Positions 1 to 8,584 are shown, counted from the stretch's first letter. The stretch: 64,000 bases of DNA from Acidobacteriota bacterium (GCA_024277255.1 JAJRVQ010000197.1:40991-104990), one strand, 5' to 3'. Notes: generated by a model from the sequence alone, not told the origin. Translations and numbers: made by a program.

Positions 1-143
1 CCATCGAGACTGGCGAAGAGGTAGACCCCCCGTTCGGGATCCTTGGCCAACAGGCCAAGATCATCCGTTCTCCGTTCAGCGGATCGTGGCCCGTGTGCCA
101 CAGCCGGCAGAGTCGCTCCGATCGTCTGCAGCATCGGCTTCAC
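1..143 (-). CDS. hypothetical protein, N-terminal fragment (continues past window start)
   Basis: Minus-strand frame is open from GTG 143..141 (ATG 134..132) to position 1 (KPMLQTIGATLPAVAHGPRSAERRTDDLGLLAKDPERGVYLFASLD...). It is absent from the ORF track because there is no stop in the window. No family recognised. Confidence 0.3.
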   Translation of the reverse strand, partial: MKPMLQTIGATLPAVAHGPRSAERRTDDLGLLAKDPERGVYLFASLD

Positions 144-215
144 ATCCTCGTCTTCAGCGTTTGCCTCAACCGGAGATGGATTGGGCAACAGAACTCATGG
201 CCAAACCTCGGCCGG

Positions 216-245
216 ATTCTGGACCGATCTAGTCCTAATTGTCAA
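216..245 (-). promoter_or_regulatory. candidate sigma70-type promoter TTGACA-N18-CAGAAT
   Basis: Minus strand has TTGACA (245..240) and CAGAAT (221..216), about 75 nt upstream of the truncated ORF at 1..143 and just downstream of the selenoprotein stop. Confidence 0.3.
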
Positions 246-267
246 CCTGGCCCCCACACGCGATCCC

Positions 268-1017
268 TCACCCTTTTCGGGGAGGGGTTTCTGGCTCGAA
301 ACGGCTGAGGGCGGGAACTTCCCGGCTCTCGGCAAGGTGCAGGAGAACTCGCAAGATGGCTCTCTGTAACGCAGGATTGTCCGCCTCCCCTAAGGGAAAA
401 CCCAATCGATACGGAACGGACAGGGCGCGGGGAGGGCGCACCTTGCGGGTGACTTCTTCAAGCAGGGTCACCGAGGAGGTGACGATACCCTGCGACTCCA
501 GCTCAGCCGCGACCAGACCGACCGTCTGGTGACAAACCGGTCACACAGGAATCAGCAGGGCGAGATCGACCTGATCGGCCAGCAGTTCCTTGGCCACCGC
601 CGGTGCGGTGTGCTTGCTGAGCCGCCCCGGCGCGGTGATCGATCCCATGAGCGAGACGTGCCGCGGCGCCACCTCACCGATCTCCCCCGCCGCCGCCATT
701 TCATGCAGGCGGTCCAAGGGCATTCCCATGTTGCGGTCCGCTTCGATGCCGGAATGGTCGAAGGCCTCGGAGCGATGGAACTCCTCCAGCTGCTGAACCG
801 GCGCATCCTTGGCGATGAGCCGGTAGGAGAAGTCTCCGCCTTTGACCTCCTGATCGAAGGGCTCATCTCCCGGCGCCACCAAGCCGGCGGAAGAGACCAG
901 CGCCACTCGACACTGGGAAACCGGTTTGGAGAGAGCTGCCGCGGGCACCGGGTCGATACGACGCCAGCGATAGGCCTTGATGAAGGCACGGTATTTGAGT
1001 CCCAGTCTCCAACTCAT
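268..1017 (-). CDS. GrdB/PrdB-family (glycine/sarcosine/betaine/D-proline reductase B-like) selenoprotein, UxxC motif, in-frame TGA at 543..541
   Basis: Track ORFs 541..1017 and 268..471 are in the same frame (1017 and 471 are both divisible by 3), and the 69 nt between them is open. Read-through gives ...DLALLIPV-U-PVCHQTVGLVAAELESQGIVTSSVTLLEEV..., about 249 aa. SD GGAGAG lies 8 nt upstream of ATG 1017. A SECIS-like hairpin follows the TGA. Confidence 0.7.
512..530 (-). promoter_or_regulatory. putative bacterial SECIS hairpin
   Basis: mRNA reads UGA-CCGGUUUGUC-ACCAGAC-GGUCG-GUCUGGU. This is a 7-bp perfect stem starting 10 nt after the UGA, with a G-rich GGUCG apical loop. Confidence 0.6.
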
Positions 1018-1053
1018 CGCAGACTCTCTCCTCGGCGGTGGTCCAGCCCGCTG

Positions 1054-2946
1054 CTAGCGCAGCGGCTTGGCCTCGCCGCCTTCGGTCAGCACCCACCAGC
1101 GGTCGGTGGCCAGGGGGGCGAAACTCTGGCTCTCACCGTTGGGCCAGATCACTTCGATGGCCTCCACCGTGGTGGCCTTGCCCAGCCCGAAGTGAATCTC
1201 GGGCGCGTGGGTCGAAAAGTAGCTCAACCCGGAGAGCAGACGGCGTTCCTGGGTGCGACCGCCGGCCGTAAGGAGCACGCGGGCGCCAATGGCATCTCGA
1301 TTGCTCGTCGTGCCCACCAAACGCACCCCAAGCCAATGGCCGCCGGCAGCGCCCTCGTTGTGCAGCAACAAGCCTTGCCCGTCACCGCTCTTCTCTCCTT
1401 CGGTTCCGACCTTCTCTCCGTTGTTGGTCACCAGCAGGTCGAGACGGCCGTCGAAATCGTAGTCGGCGACGGCGAGACCGCGGTGAATTCTCTTGCCCAG
1501 CGCATGAATGCCGGAGGAGACCGACACGTCCTGGAAACGCCCCTCTCCCTGGTTCTCGAAGAGAAGGTTGTCCTGCGCGTTGTCGCCGCCCACCGAGTTG
1601 AGATGGCCGTTGGCGAGGAAGAGATCGAGGTCGCCGTCGTTGTCCAGATCGGCGAAGGCCGTCCCCCAGCCGACGCGGGGCCAGGCTAGCGAAAGCAAAG
1701 CCGGGGAACGGAAATCGCTGGTAAACAGCGCATTGCGCACCTTGCCGTCATTGCTCGACTCGTTGGAGATCAAGCGATAGAAGATGGGCGCCTCGCCGGC
1801 GAAGTTGGTAACGAAGAGGTCCATCAGACCGTCGTCGTCGTAGTCGCCGTAGGCCAGACCCATGGTGCCGTCCGTACTACTCAAGCCGCTGGGGCCCGAG
1901 TCTTCCTTGAAGGTGCCATTGCCCAGGTTGAGATAGAAGCTGTTGGGGTCGGTGTCATTGCCGACGAACAGGTCCGGCCAGCCGTCGTCGTTAAAATCGT
2001 TGAACAAGACCTGCATGCTCTTGTTGCGGTAGGCATCGCGGCCGAAAGACTGGGCGGTGACATCCTCGAAGGTTCCGTCTCCCCGGTTGCGCAGGAGGGT
2101 GTTGGGCAGCCCCGGGAAGGACATCGGGAAACGAACATTCGACGCCTGCTCTTGCCCTTTCAACAAATCGACGTAGCCGGCTAGGTAGAGATCGAGGTCA
2201 CCATCGCGATCGTAGTCACCCCAGGTGGCTCCGCCGTACCAGAAGTTCTCGTCCCGCTCGCCGAGCGGCAGAGCCTTGCTGGTGACGTTCTCGAAGTGAC
2301 CGTTGCCTTGGTTGCGATAGAGAACCGCGCTTCCGAAGTTGGTGATCAACAGATCGGTCCAACCGTCGTTGTCGTAGTCGGCCGCGGCCACCGCCATGCC
2401 TTCGCCCAGATCGCCAACTCCCACCTCCTCGGTGACGTCGGTGAAGGTACCTTCGTCGTTACGGAAGAGAGCGTTGGGCGTATCACCTTCCCCCGCGCCG
2501 TTGACGAAGTAGAGATCCCAATCCAGGTCGCCGTCATAGTCAATCCACGCCACCCCCGAGCCATTCATGCGAATCAAGTGGCGACGGGCAAAGCCCACGG
2601 GATCGGCAAACTCGGAAGGCAGGATCTTTTCGTTGGTGGCCAGCCCGGCAACCGCCCTCTGTTGCGACTGTTGCGTCGGTAGGGCGCACCACCTGGAGCG
2701 CTGGCCAAAATGGACGAAACCGATCTTCGCCTCGGACCAGCGGTCGACGAAGCGTATGCCGGCGGAGGCTTGCTCAGCGCTCGGCGCGCTCCTCTCAACC
2801 TCCCCTGCCGCCGGCGCCTCCGCGGAAGAGGTCGCGGCCAGGCCGGGAGTGGCGGCTACGAGTAGAACCGCCACGAGGGCGGCAAAAAGGTGGAGTAACT
2901 TCGAGCACGAGGAATGCTCGGCGGTGGAAGAATCTAGATGCATCAT
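1054..2946 (-). CDS. secreted FG-GAP/VCBS repeat protein with C-terminal ASPIC/UnbV domain (CRTAC1 family)
   Basis: Repeated DxDxDGxxD / FG..GAP-like motifs (DYDGDLDWDLYFVNG, DYDNDGWTDLLITNFG, DYDRDGDLDLYLAGY, DFNDDGWPDLFVGND, DYDDDGLMDLFVTNF, DLDNDGDLDLFLANG, DYDFDGRLDLLVTNN). C-terminal RDAIGARV...YFSTHAPEIHFGLG...IEVIWPNG. Start trimmed to ATGATG at 2946/2943, ahead of a signal-like LLHLFAALVAVLLVAATPGLA. Confidence 0.85.
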   Translation of the reverse strand: MMHLDSSTAEHSSCSKLLHLFAALVAVLLVAATPGLAATSSAEAPAAGEVERSAPSAEQASAGIRFVDRWSEAKIGFVHFGQRSRWCALPTQQSQQRAVAGLATNEKILPSEFADPVGFARRHLIRMNGSGVAWIDYDGDLDWDLYFVNGAGEGDTPNALFRNDEGTFTDVTEEVGVGDLGEGMAVAAADYDNDGWTDLLITNFGSAVLYRNQGNGHFENVTSKALPLGERDENFWYGGATWGDYDRDGDLDLYLAGYVDLLKGQEQASNVRFPMSFPGLPNTLLRNRGDGTFEDVTAQSFGRDAYRNKSMQVLFNDFNDDGWPDLFVGNDTDPNSFYLNLGNGTFKEDSGPSGLSSTDGTMGLAYGDYDDDGLMDLFVTNFAGEAPIFYRLISNESSNDGKVRNALFTSDFRSPALLSLAWPRVGWGTAFADLDNDGDLDLFLANGHLNSVGGDNAQDNLLFENQGEGRFQDVSVSSGIHALGKRIHRGLAVADYDFDGRLDLLVTNNGEKVGTEGEKSGDGQGLLLHNEGAAGGHWLGVRLVGTTSNRDAIGARVLLTAGGRTQERRLLSGLSYFSTHAPEIHFGLGKATTVEAIEVIWPNGESQSFAPLATDRWWVLTEGGEAKPLR

Positions 2947-3173
2947 GCGAGTGCTCCCAATCATCGGCCAATCATCGACCGTGGACGGCCCCAACCCGCC
3001 GCCGGCGGAAGGTTTCGGGACCTCGACGGCTCGAACGGCAGAGGGCTCTTGCCTGACGGTAGGAGAACCCTTCCGCCCCCTGAACACTATGACAGGAGTC
3101 ATACTCCTGGGAAGCTCTCGGCGCAACAAACCCGCGCCACCCAGCAGCGCGGGAAACTGGCCGCGAGCCGAGA

Positions 3174-3197
3174 CCGGGACGCGCCATCGCGTCCCGG
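3174..3197 (-). terminator. GC-rich hairpin downstream of giant gene
   Basis: CCGGGACGCG-CCAT-CGCGTCCCGG, a perfect 10-bp stem 24 nt after the stop at 3221. There is no clear U-tract. Confidence 0.4.
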
Positions 3198-3220
3198 TCG
3201 GCCCGCGGGCTACGGCGGAT

Positions 3221-6200
3221 CTACTTGCAGATGAAGCCGCGTACTGCGGTGCAAGACAGGTCGTTCCACGATCGGGCGACAAACTGGCCGCCAACGAACG
3301 AGGACCTGGCGAACTCCACGCAGTTCTCCGTGGTTCCACCACTCGGCTGCAAGTCTCCCCAGTTCTCGTAGCCAACCGGAGTGCCATCCATCCAGATCCA
3401 ATTCCCTTCCAACCCCGCATCGCTCAGCCCGATCCAGCTGCCCGGGATGGCCACTGCATCGTCGATCGCAGCGTCCTCGGCGGCATTGAGGATCTTGGTC
3501 AGGTCGAGCCCCTGTGCCAGGCAAGCGGAACGGGCGACCTCCCACTCCACCGCGGTGGCACAGAACTGGTAATCCTGACCGCCGGTGGTGATCGCAACGC
3601 AATTGCAGACATCGCCATCGTCGATCAGACCGTTCTGATCGTTGTCGGAGCCGTCGCAAATCTCCGTCCCGACCTCGCCGAGTTCCCCGGCCTCCACGTC
3701 GCCCGCTTCGAGCGCCATCTCCAGGTCACCGGTGACCACCAGGTCGAGGATACAGGCGTCGAGTAACTCTGGATCGACGATCCCCGCCTCGACACATTGG
3801 CTCTGCGCCCAGGCTACGAGATCGGGATCGAAGTCGGCCCAGCTGACTTCGTTGATGGGGTAGAACTCACCTTCCGGTGGAGCGAAATCCAGCGGGCCTT
3901 GGCCCACGTCATAGTCGAAGAGCGACTCGGCCGGATCGCGGATGATCCAGCCCGCCGGATCGTCGTAGGCAAGGCAGCGGGTCGTCGCGCAATCGTAGAG
4001 TTCGGCGAAGGTGGGGGGCGAAGTGAGCTGCGTGCCGTCGCGCAGTTGGAAGTCATTACTCGGATCGCCATCGAAGTTGCCGAGTACTCCTTCCAGCCTG
4101 CCTGCCAGGTCGGAATCGGGGTGGATCCGCACGCTCATCCAGCTGCCAGCCACTTTGACCCGCACATAGGAGCCCGAGTTGGGCCAGGTCACGGTGTAGG
4201 TTGAGCCTGCGCGTGTGATGACCCCACCGTTGGGCAGGGTGTAGCTCTCGCCATCGGCGAGGGGCACCGCGATGCCCGCCACCATCAGCTCATCGCCGCT
4301 GCCCGGGGGATCGACGTAGAAACCAACCCGGTCGCCGGCCACCCGCATCGCTGCCGCTGTGGTCAAGGAGACTCGGTTGTCGTTCCCGGCCTGACGGGTC
4401 TGGACCTCGAACTCGGTCACCGGGTCGCGGGTCAAGACAACTTCTCCCTTCGCCTGGAAGTCGAACTTCACACCATCGAAGTCTTCGCAGTGAGGATCTC
4501 CCCAACAATCGCCTCCGGTATCGCCGCATTCGAGGCGGAGGGTCACTTCACGGCGGTCCAGGTTGGAGAAGATCTCGATGGGGTACTCCGTGACGCCTCC
4601 GACAGTGCACTCACTACTCAAAGTAACCACCTGATCGCCGTCAATCGGAATGAAACCACCTGGGGGCGATAGCGAGTAGGGCACGTCCACCGACGGCTGG
4701 TAGCCCCACGGTAGCTCAGCGGGGGTTCGATTAGTAATCGTTACTTCGCCGATGAGGGTGACTGGCGGATCGACTACCGAGCCCTTCAGTACCACCACGT
4801 CGGGCTCGACAGAAAAATTCTCGCAACCGACCAAGACGGGATAGGTGTACACCCCACTATCCCCCTCAATCGACAGATTCAACTCAACCCAGAAAGCTGG
4901 GATCGTATCCCCCGCGGTACAATCCACAGTCAACTCGTGTGAGACAGATTCACCAGCTCCGAGGTCGACCGACCCGCTCGGTTGCACGGTCAGCCAAGAG
5001 GGTCCCGTGTCATTGGACAACGTATAGGTCTTGGGCGAGCTACTCACATTCATGGCTTGCACATCGAGCGTGATCGCCGAGCCGATCGGACCCACGAGTT
5101 CAGGTTCCAATGGTGTAATCAGTACCGGTGGTGCTTGCTTGACCTTCAACGGCTGAGCCGTAGACACAATCGGAAAGGCAGACGGGAAGGTGAGATCAAC
5201 AGCCCTAAACTCCCAATCGCCCTCATCGCCAGCAACCGGTACGAAAGTCAGAAGATCCGCCGGAGACAATTGCACGAACTCTGGATCATCGATTCTTCGG
5301 CCCCAGATCTCCAAGCCAGAACTGGGACGGAACCAGTCTTGGAACCAGCTATATTGCCGCTCGCTACGGATCAATGTCACAGGAGAGTATGGAATCTGGC
5401 CATCGATCCACACGGGATCCTCCGAGATCGTGAGTGTCGGTACAAGAGTGTTGACCCGATTGGTGGCAATATTGATTGGATCGGCCTCAAAACTAGTCGC
5501 CGGGCCGCTCTCCCAACCAAACAGCTCGATCAGAGCCTCCACGGATTCTCCAGGTTCAATGGCCTTGAAGGGGAAGAAATCCCATACCAGTGCGTCGCTG
5601 TAACTCGGACTGACGTAGTCTGGATCTGCGGGTCCCAAGAACACTCCAGATGGAAACAAGGCGTGGCTATCGACCGCGATCTGGGTTGCCGCGAAGAAAA
5701 AGTCCATGAACACCAAGAAGTCAAACTTTCCTAGTGGGTCAGCCGGAACTGGCCCAGGATAAAGACTTGCCTTGACGCCCAGTTCAATGAAGGCTCGCGC
5801 CTCGAGGTCCATGTTGGCTGCCTGCAACCCATCGATGTAAGGCGTGGCAGCCGATCCGGTTACCTGCGGATCATCGATTCCGTTGGGAAACTGGAAGCCA
5901 TCCACTTCGTTCCAATCCAAACCTCCGAACAGTTTCGTCGAGTACTCGAATTCAGGTGTGCCAAGTTCGGCGGTGGTACTTGCCTGGCCGAAATCGACCG
6001 TCACTTCCAATCCGGGTTTGAGGTAGGCATAGAAATGGAAGGTTGCCACGGCATAGAGCGGAATAGGAAAGAGGTAGACCCGCGGCAGGACTTCCTGACT
6101 ACATTCGAGTTGCGTCTGCAATCGAAATTCCGGCACAGCCAGATTCATCAGTGCGTCGAATGCGATTGCCAATAGAACCATCTTCCCCCCATCCATCTCG

Positions 6201-8401
6201 ATCTTGAAGGTGCTCGAAGGAGTGAAACTGGGATTGATTGTGAATTGGCACGGATTGTCGGCTTTGGCAGCAGTCGGCGTACCGGGAGCACCTACGGTGA
6301 CTGCTGAGCCGTCCCATGTGCCGAATCCAGCGTTCGCGTAGACGGTAGCAAGCCGTTCCAGAGCGGTGGAATCGAGATCGATATTCAGGCGTTGATAAAC
6401 CCTCCCAAAGGGTGGCACCGTGCCATGAAGGACCAAGGTTTCGGCCAAGATATCCACGCTGGCGATAAGAATAGAGCCAGCGGTACCAAAAGCGACCAAG
6501 TCTCCCACAGCTAGAGCCTCAGTAGCCGGCCCACGCTCGACAGTTAACTGAAGGTAATCGCCCGCAGCCAGAGGATTGACACTCATATCGAGCAACAACG
6601 AGGAATCAAGATCGATGAGCGCCGGATTCACCACCGCTCCCACCGCCACGGAGGCAGCGCCGGGCACGTGAGGCTCGGCACCGTCGGCCGCGACCATCAG
6701 CACGGCAAAGCAATCGTCACACAGCACGGTGGCCAGCCCGTTGGCGTCGACGCTGACCCGGTCGGGGTTACTCGATGTCCAGGCCAAGGTGGTGCCGGCG
6801 GGCACTGGCGCGGGGTTGCCCGCCGCGTCGAACCAGGTTGCCTGAAGCTGTACGACGTCTCCGACGTTGAGCAGCATGGCGGGCGACGGACCGACTTCGA
6901 GGTGGGGCATCGGGTCGACCGACGGCGGTGGTGGCGGAGGAGGATCGACGGTGCCCTGATAGGTCACCTCCAATTCGGGGTTGCCCAGCACTGCTTCGCG
7001 GCTGTTCCAGAAAGTCTGCCCGGTCCCCGCGTCCGCCAGCGCGAAAGTGAGTCTTCCGTCGGCGAGGGCGGCGGAGGCGACGGTGGCAGTCACGTCCAGC
7101 TCCACGATCTCGGTGGGCGCGGTCGCCGGCAGGCTGCCCACCACCATTCCGATCGCCGGCTGGTTGCTCCAAGTGATGAGGCTCTCGTCCCAGACCACAT
7201 TGAGCGGCTGCGTCACCGCCACCTCGGTGGCGACGTAGGTGACGGAGTTCGAGGTCAAACGCAAAACGGCGCTTTCGACCGTACCTGGATCGACCTCGAA
7301 GGCGAGGTAGCTCGCATACTGGCCGGTGCGCGCTCGCAGGACCGCGTTGGTGCCGTAATTCGTGGTCGGGCGAAGGCTGTAGACGTAGGCGTCGGCTGTC
7401 GGCGCGAAGAGTTGAGGCGTTCCCGTACCACCGCCGCCGCCACCACCACCACCACCGCCGCCGCCACCACCACCGCCGCCGCCACCACCACCGCCACCCG
7501 CCGGCGGGGTCAACACCGAGACCGGTCCGGCCCAGGCGCTTGGACCGCCAACGCCCAGGGCACGAATGCGGTAGAGGTACTCGGTGCTCTCGGTGAGGCC
7601 GGTGTCGGAATAGCTTTCGGTCCCCGGAATGAGGTTGGCGATGTTCTGGAAGATGCCGGTATTGTCGTCACTGCGTTCGAGTTCAAAGCCCGTTTCGTCA
7701 ATCGTCGAGGCGTCCCAAGTAACCTGGACCTCGCTGGAGGAGAGGGCACTGGCCGCCAGATTGGCAGGAGGATCAAGAACCGGGGGCGGATTGGTCCCGC
7801 CGCTCACCGCGAAATAGACGCCGGTGAACTTGATGCCCTGGTTGCGACCCGCCTGATAGCGGCCGTGCAACTCGACCCGATAGTAGGGGTAGCCGGAGGC
7901 GATTTCGGTCTCCACCAGGGCCGTTTGCCCCCAGATGCCGGTACCGCTGACGGTACTCGCCCAGGGTTGCCAGAGGTCGGTCCACGGCCCCAGAGGCCCG
8001 TTGCCGCCGGCGATGGTCACCGTCCCCTGTTCGAGGAAGAGCGCCACCACCCAGGTTTGAAAGTGCAAGGTTCGTAGCGCCGGATTGGCGGTGACGACGG
8101 TGCGCAGGTAGCCGTCTTCGCCCGAATGATCCTGGCCGTCGCCAGCGCCGAAGGCGAAGCGCGCGCCGGTTCCGGTCGCGCTGTCGGGCGTCGGGTTCGA
8201 CGCCTTGCGACTCGTGCCCCAGACGTTTTGTGGTTGGCTCCAGCCGTCCAGGCCAGCCGTCGTCGGGTCGGCGGACGACCGGAACCAGGGGTTGCCGATC
8301 AGGTTGTCGCCGGCCAGCGACGGCGCCACGGCGGCACCCGCGGATGCGACGACAGCAAAGATGAGAATGAGTAAGGTCACAAGGGTTCGGTGGCGAAGCA
8401 T
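3221..8401 (-). CDS. giant secreted multidomain protein: jelly-roll/CBM-like, FN3, poly-Gly, DNRLRE/CBM96-like, Big_2, unknown core, Ig-like, VWD, Cys-rich motif, C-type lectin
   Basis: ATG at 8401 with AAGGAG 8 nt upstream, then signal peptide MLRHRTLVTLLILIFAVVASAGAAVA. FN3 (PPANLAASALSSSEVQVTWD...YLYRIRALG). 24 x Gly. DNRLRE-like (PTADAYVYSLRPTTNYGTNAVLRAR...ASYLAFEV). Big_2 (VQLQATWFDAAGNP...WTSSNPDRVSVDANGLATV). VWD (CWGDPHCEDFDGVKFDFQAKGEVVL). CDGSDNDQNGLIDDGDVC. CTLD (WIGLSD..GNWIWMDG..YENW..ENCV..WNDLSC..FICK-stop). Confidence 0.9.
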   Translation of the reverse strand: MLRHRTLVTLLILIFAVVASAGAAVAPSLAGDNLIGNPWFRSSADPTTAGLDGWSQPQNVWGTSRKASNPTPDSATGTGARFAFGAGDGQDHSGEDGYLRTVVTANPALRTLHFQTWVVALFLEQGTVTIAGGNGPLGPWTDLWQPWASTVSGTGIWGQTALVETEIASGYPYYRVELHGRYQAGRNQGIKFTGVYFAVSGGTNPPPVLDPPANLAASALSSSEVQVTWDASTIDETGFELERSDDNTGIFQNIANLIPGTESYSDTGLTESTEYLYRIRALGVGGPSAWAGPVSVLTPPAGGGGGGGGGGGGGGGGGGGGGGGGTGTPQLFAPTADAYVYSLRPTTNYGTNAVLRARTGQYASYLAFEVDPGTVESAVLRLTSNSVTYVATEVAVTQPLNVVWDESLITWSNQPAIGMVVGSLPATAPTEIVELDVTATVASAALADGRLTFALADAGTGQTFWNSREAVLGNPELEVTYQGTVDPPPPPPPSVDPMPHLEVGPSPAMLLNVGDVVQLQATWFDAAGNPAPVPAGTTLAWTSSNPDRVSVDANGLATVLCDDCFAVLMVAADGAEPHVPGAASVAVGAVVNPALIDLDSSLLLDMSVNPLAAGDYLQLTVERGPATEALAVGDLVAFGTAGSILIASVDILAETLVLHGTVPPFGRVYQRLNIDLDSTALERLATVYANAGFGTWDGSAVTVGAPGTPTAAKADNPCQFTINPSFTPSSTFKIEMDGGKMVLLAIAFDALMNLAVPEFRLQTQLECSQEVLPRVYLFPIPLYAVATFHFYAYLKPGLEVTVDFGQASTTAELGTPEFEYSTKLFGGLDWNEVDGFQFPNGIDDPQVTGSAATPYIDGLQAANMDLEARAFIELGVKASLYPGPVPADPLGKFDFLVFMDFFFAATQIAVDSHALFPSGVFLGPADPDYVSPSYSDALVWDFFPFKAIEPGESVEALIELFGWESGPATSFEADPINIATNRVNTLVPTLTISEDPVWIDGQIPYSPVTLIRSERQYSWFQDWFRPSSGLEIWGRRIDDPEFVQLSPADLLTFVPVAGDEGDWEFRAVDLTFPSAFPIVSTAQPLKVKQAPPVLITPLEPELVGPIGSAITLDVQAMNVSSSPKTYTLSNDTGPSWLTVQPSGSVDLGAGESVSHELTVDCTAGDTIPAFWVELNLSIEGDSGVYTYPVLVGCENFSVEPDVVVLKGSVVDPPVTLIGEVTITNRTPAELPWGYQPSVDVPYSLSPPGGFIPIDGDQVVTLSSECTVGGVTEYPIEIFSNLDRREVTLRLECGDTGGDCWGDPHCEDFDGVKFDFQAKGEVVLTRDPVTEFEVQTRQAGNDNRVSLTTAAAMRVAGDRVGFYVDPPGSGDELMVAGIAVPLADGESYTLPNGGVITRAGSTYTVTWPNSGSYVRVKVAGSWMSVRIHPDSDLAGRLEGVLGNFDGDPSNDFQLRDGTQLTSPPTFAELYDCATTRCLAYDDPAGWIIRDPAESLFDYDVGQGPLDFAPPEGEFYPINEVSWADFDPDLVAWAQSQCVEAGIVDPELLDACILDLVVTGDLEMALEAGDVEAGELGEVGTEICDGSDNDQNGLIDDGDVCNCVAITTGGQDYQFCATAVEWEVARSACLAQGLDLTKILNAAEDAAIDDAVAIPGSWIGLSDAGLEGNWIWMDGTPVGYENWGDLQPSGGTTENCVEFARSSFVGGQFVARSWNDLSCTAVRGFICK
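7427..7498 (-). repeat. (GGY)24 homocodon tract encoding 24 consecutive glycines
   Basis: Plus strand reads acc acc gcc gcc gcc acc x5 gcc x3 acc x3 gcc x3 acc x3 gcc acc, with internal 9/18-nt periodicity. It sits in frame in the giant gene between the FN3 and DNRLRE-like regions. Confidence 0.95.
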
Positions 8402-8584
8402 GGCGTTGTTCTCCTTCAGTCTCGCGGCACGGTCCCCCACGCCGAGATCGGCGCGCCGCCCGCTCAACCGACCCGGAGTAGGCCGCGGCGATTTTTTGCG
8501 CACGGGATGAAAAAAACCTCTCTTCGCCATCCACACCGATCGACGGAAGGCAGGCGGGGGTGTGAGAAGATTCCTCGGGGGGAG

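Noticed and set aside
529-1689. Long antisense or shadow ORFs throughout the track (for example 529..1689 +, 2567..3766 +, 6668..8077 +, 27891..29063 +, 34318..35301 +, 43248..44795 +, 45704..47086 -, 60301..60948 -, 61879..62892 -)
   Set aside because: They overlap strongly supported genes on the opposite strand. Their translations are Arg/Gly/Pro/Ala-rich and low-complexity, with no motifs. Long stop-free antisense frames are expected at this GC content.
3221-3600. Diversity-generating retroelement (DGR) targeting the C-terminal lectin-fold domain of the giant protein
   Set aside because: DGR variable regions often sit in C-terminal CLec folds. However, I found no reverse transcriptase gene in the window and no template-repeat copy of the 3' end. 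The only shared string with the 2947..3220 spacer is an 11-mer (aaactggccgc). The domain is a canonical CTLD rather than the FGE/Mtd-type fold.
8508-8540. ECF-type autoregulatory promoter (TGAAAAAAACC ... CGAT) upstream of the sigma gene at 8585
   Set aside because: The spacing between the AAC-like -35 and the CGA/CGT-like -10 is 19 nt, against the usual 16-17, and there is no matching motif on the giant-gene side. The evidence is too weak to call.
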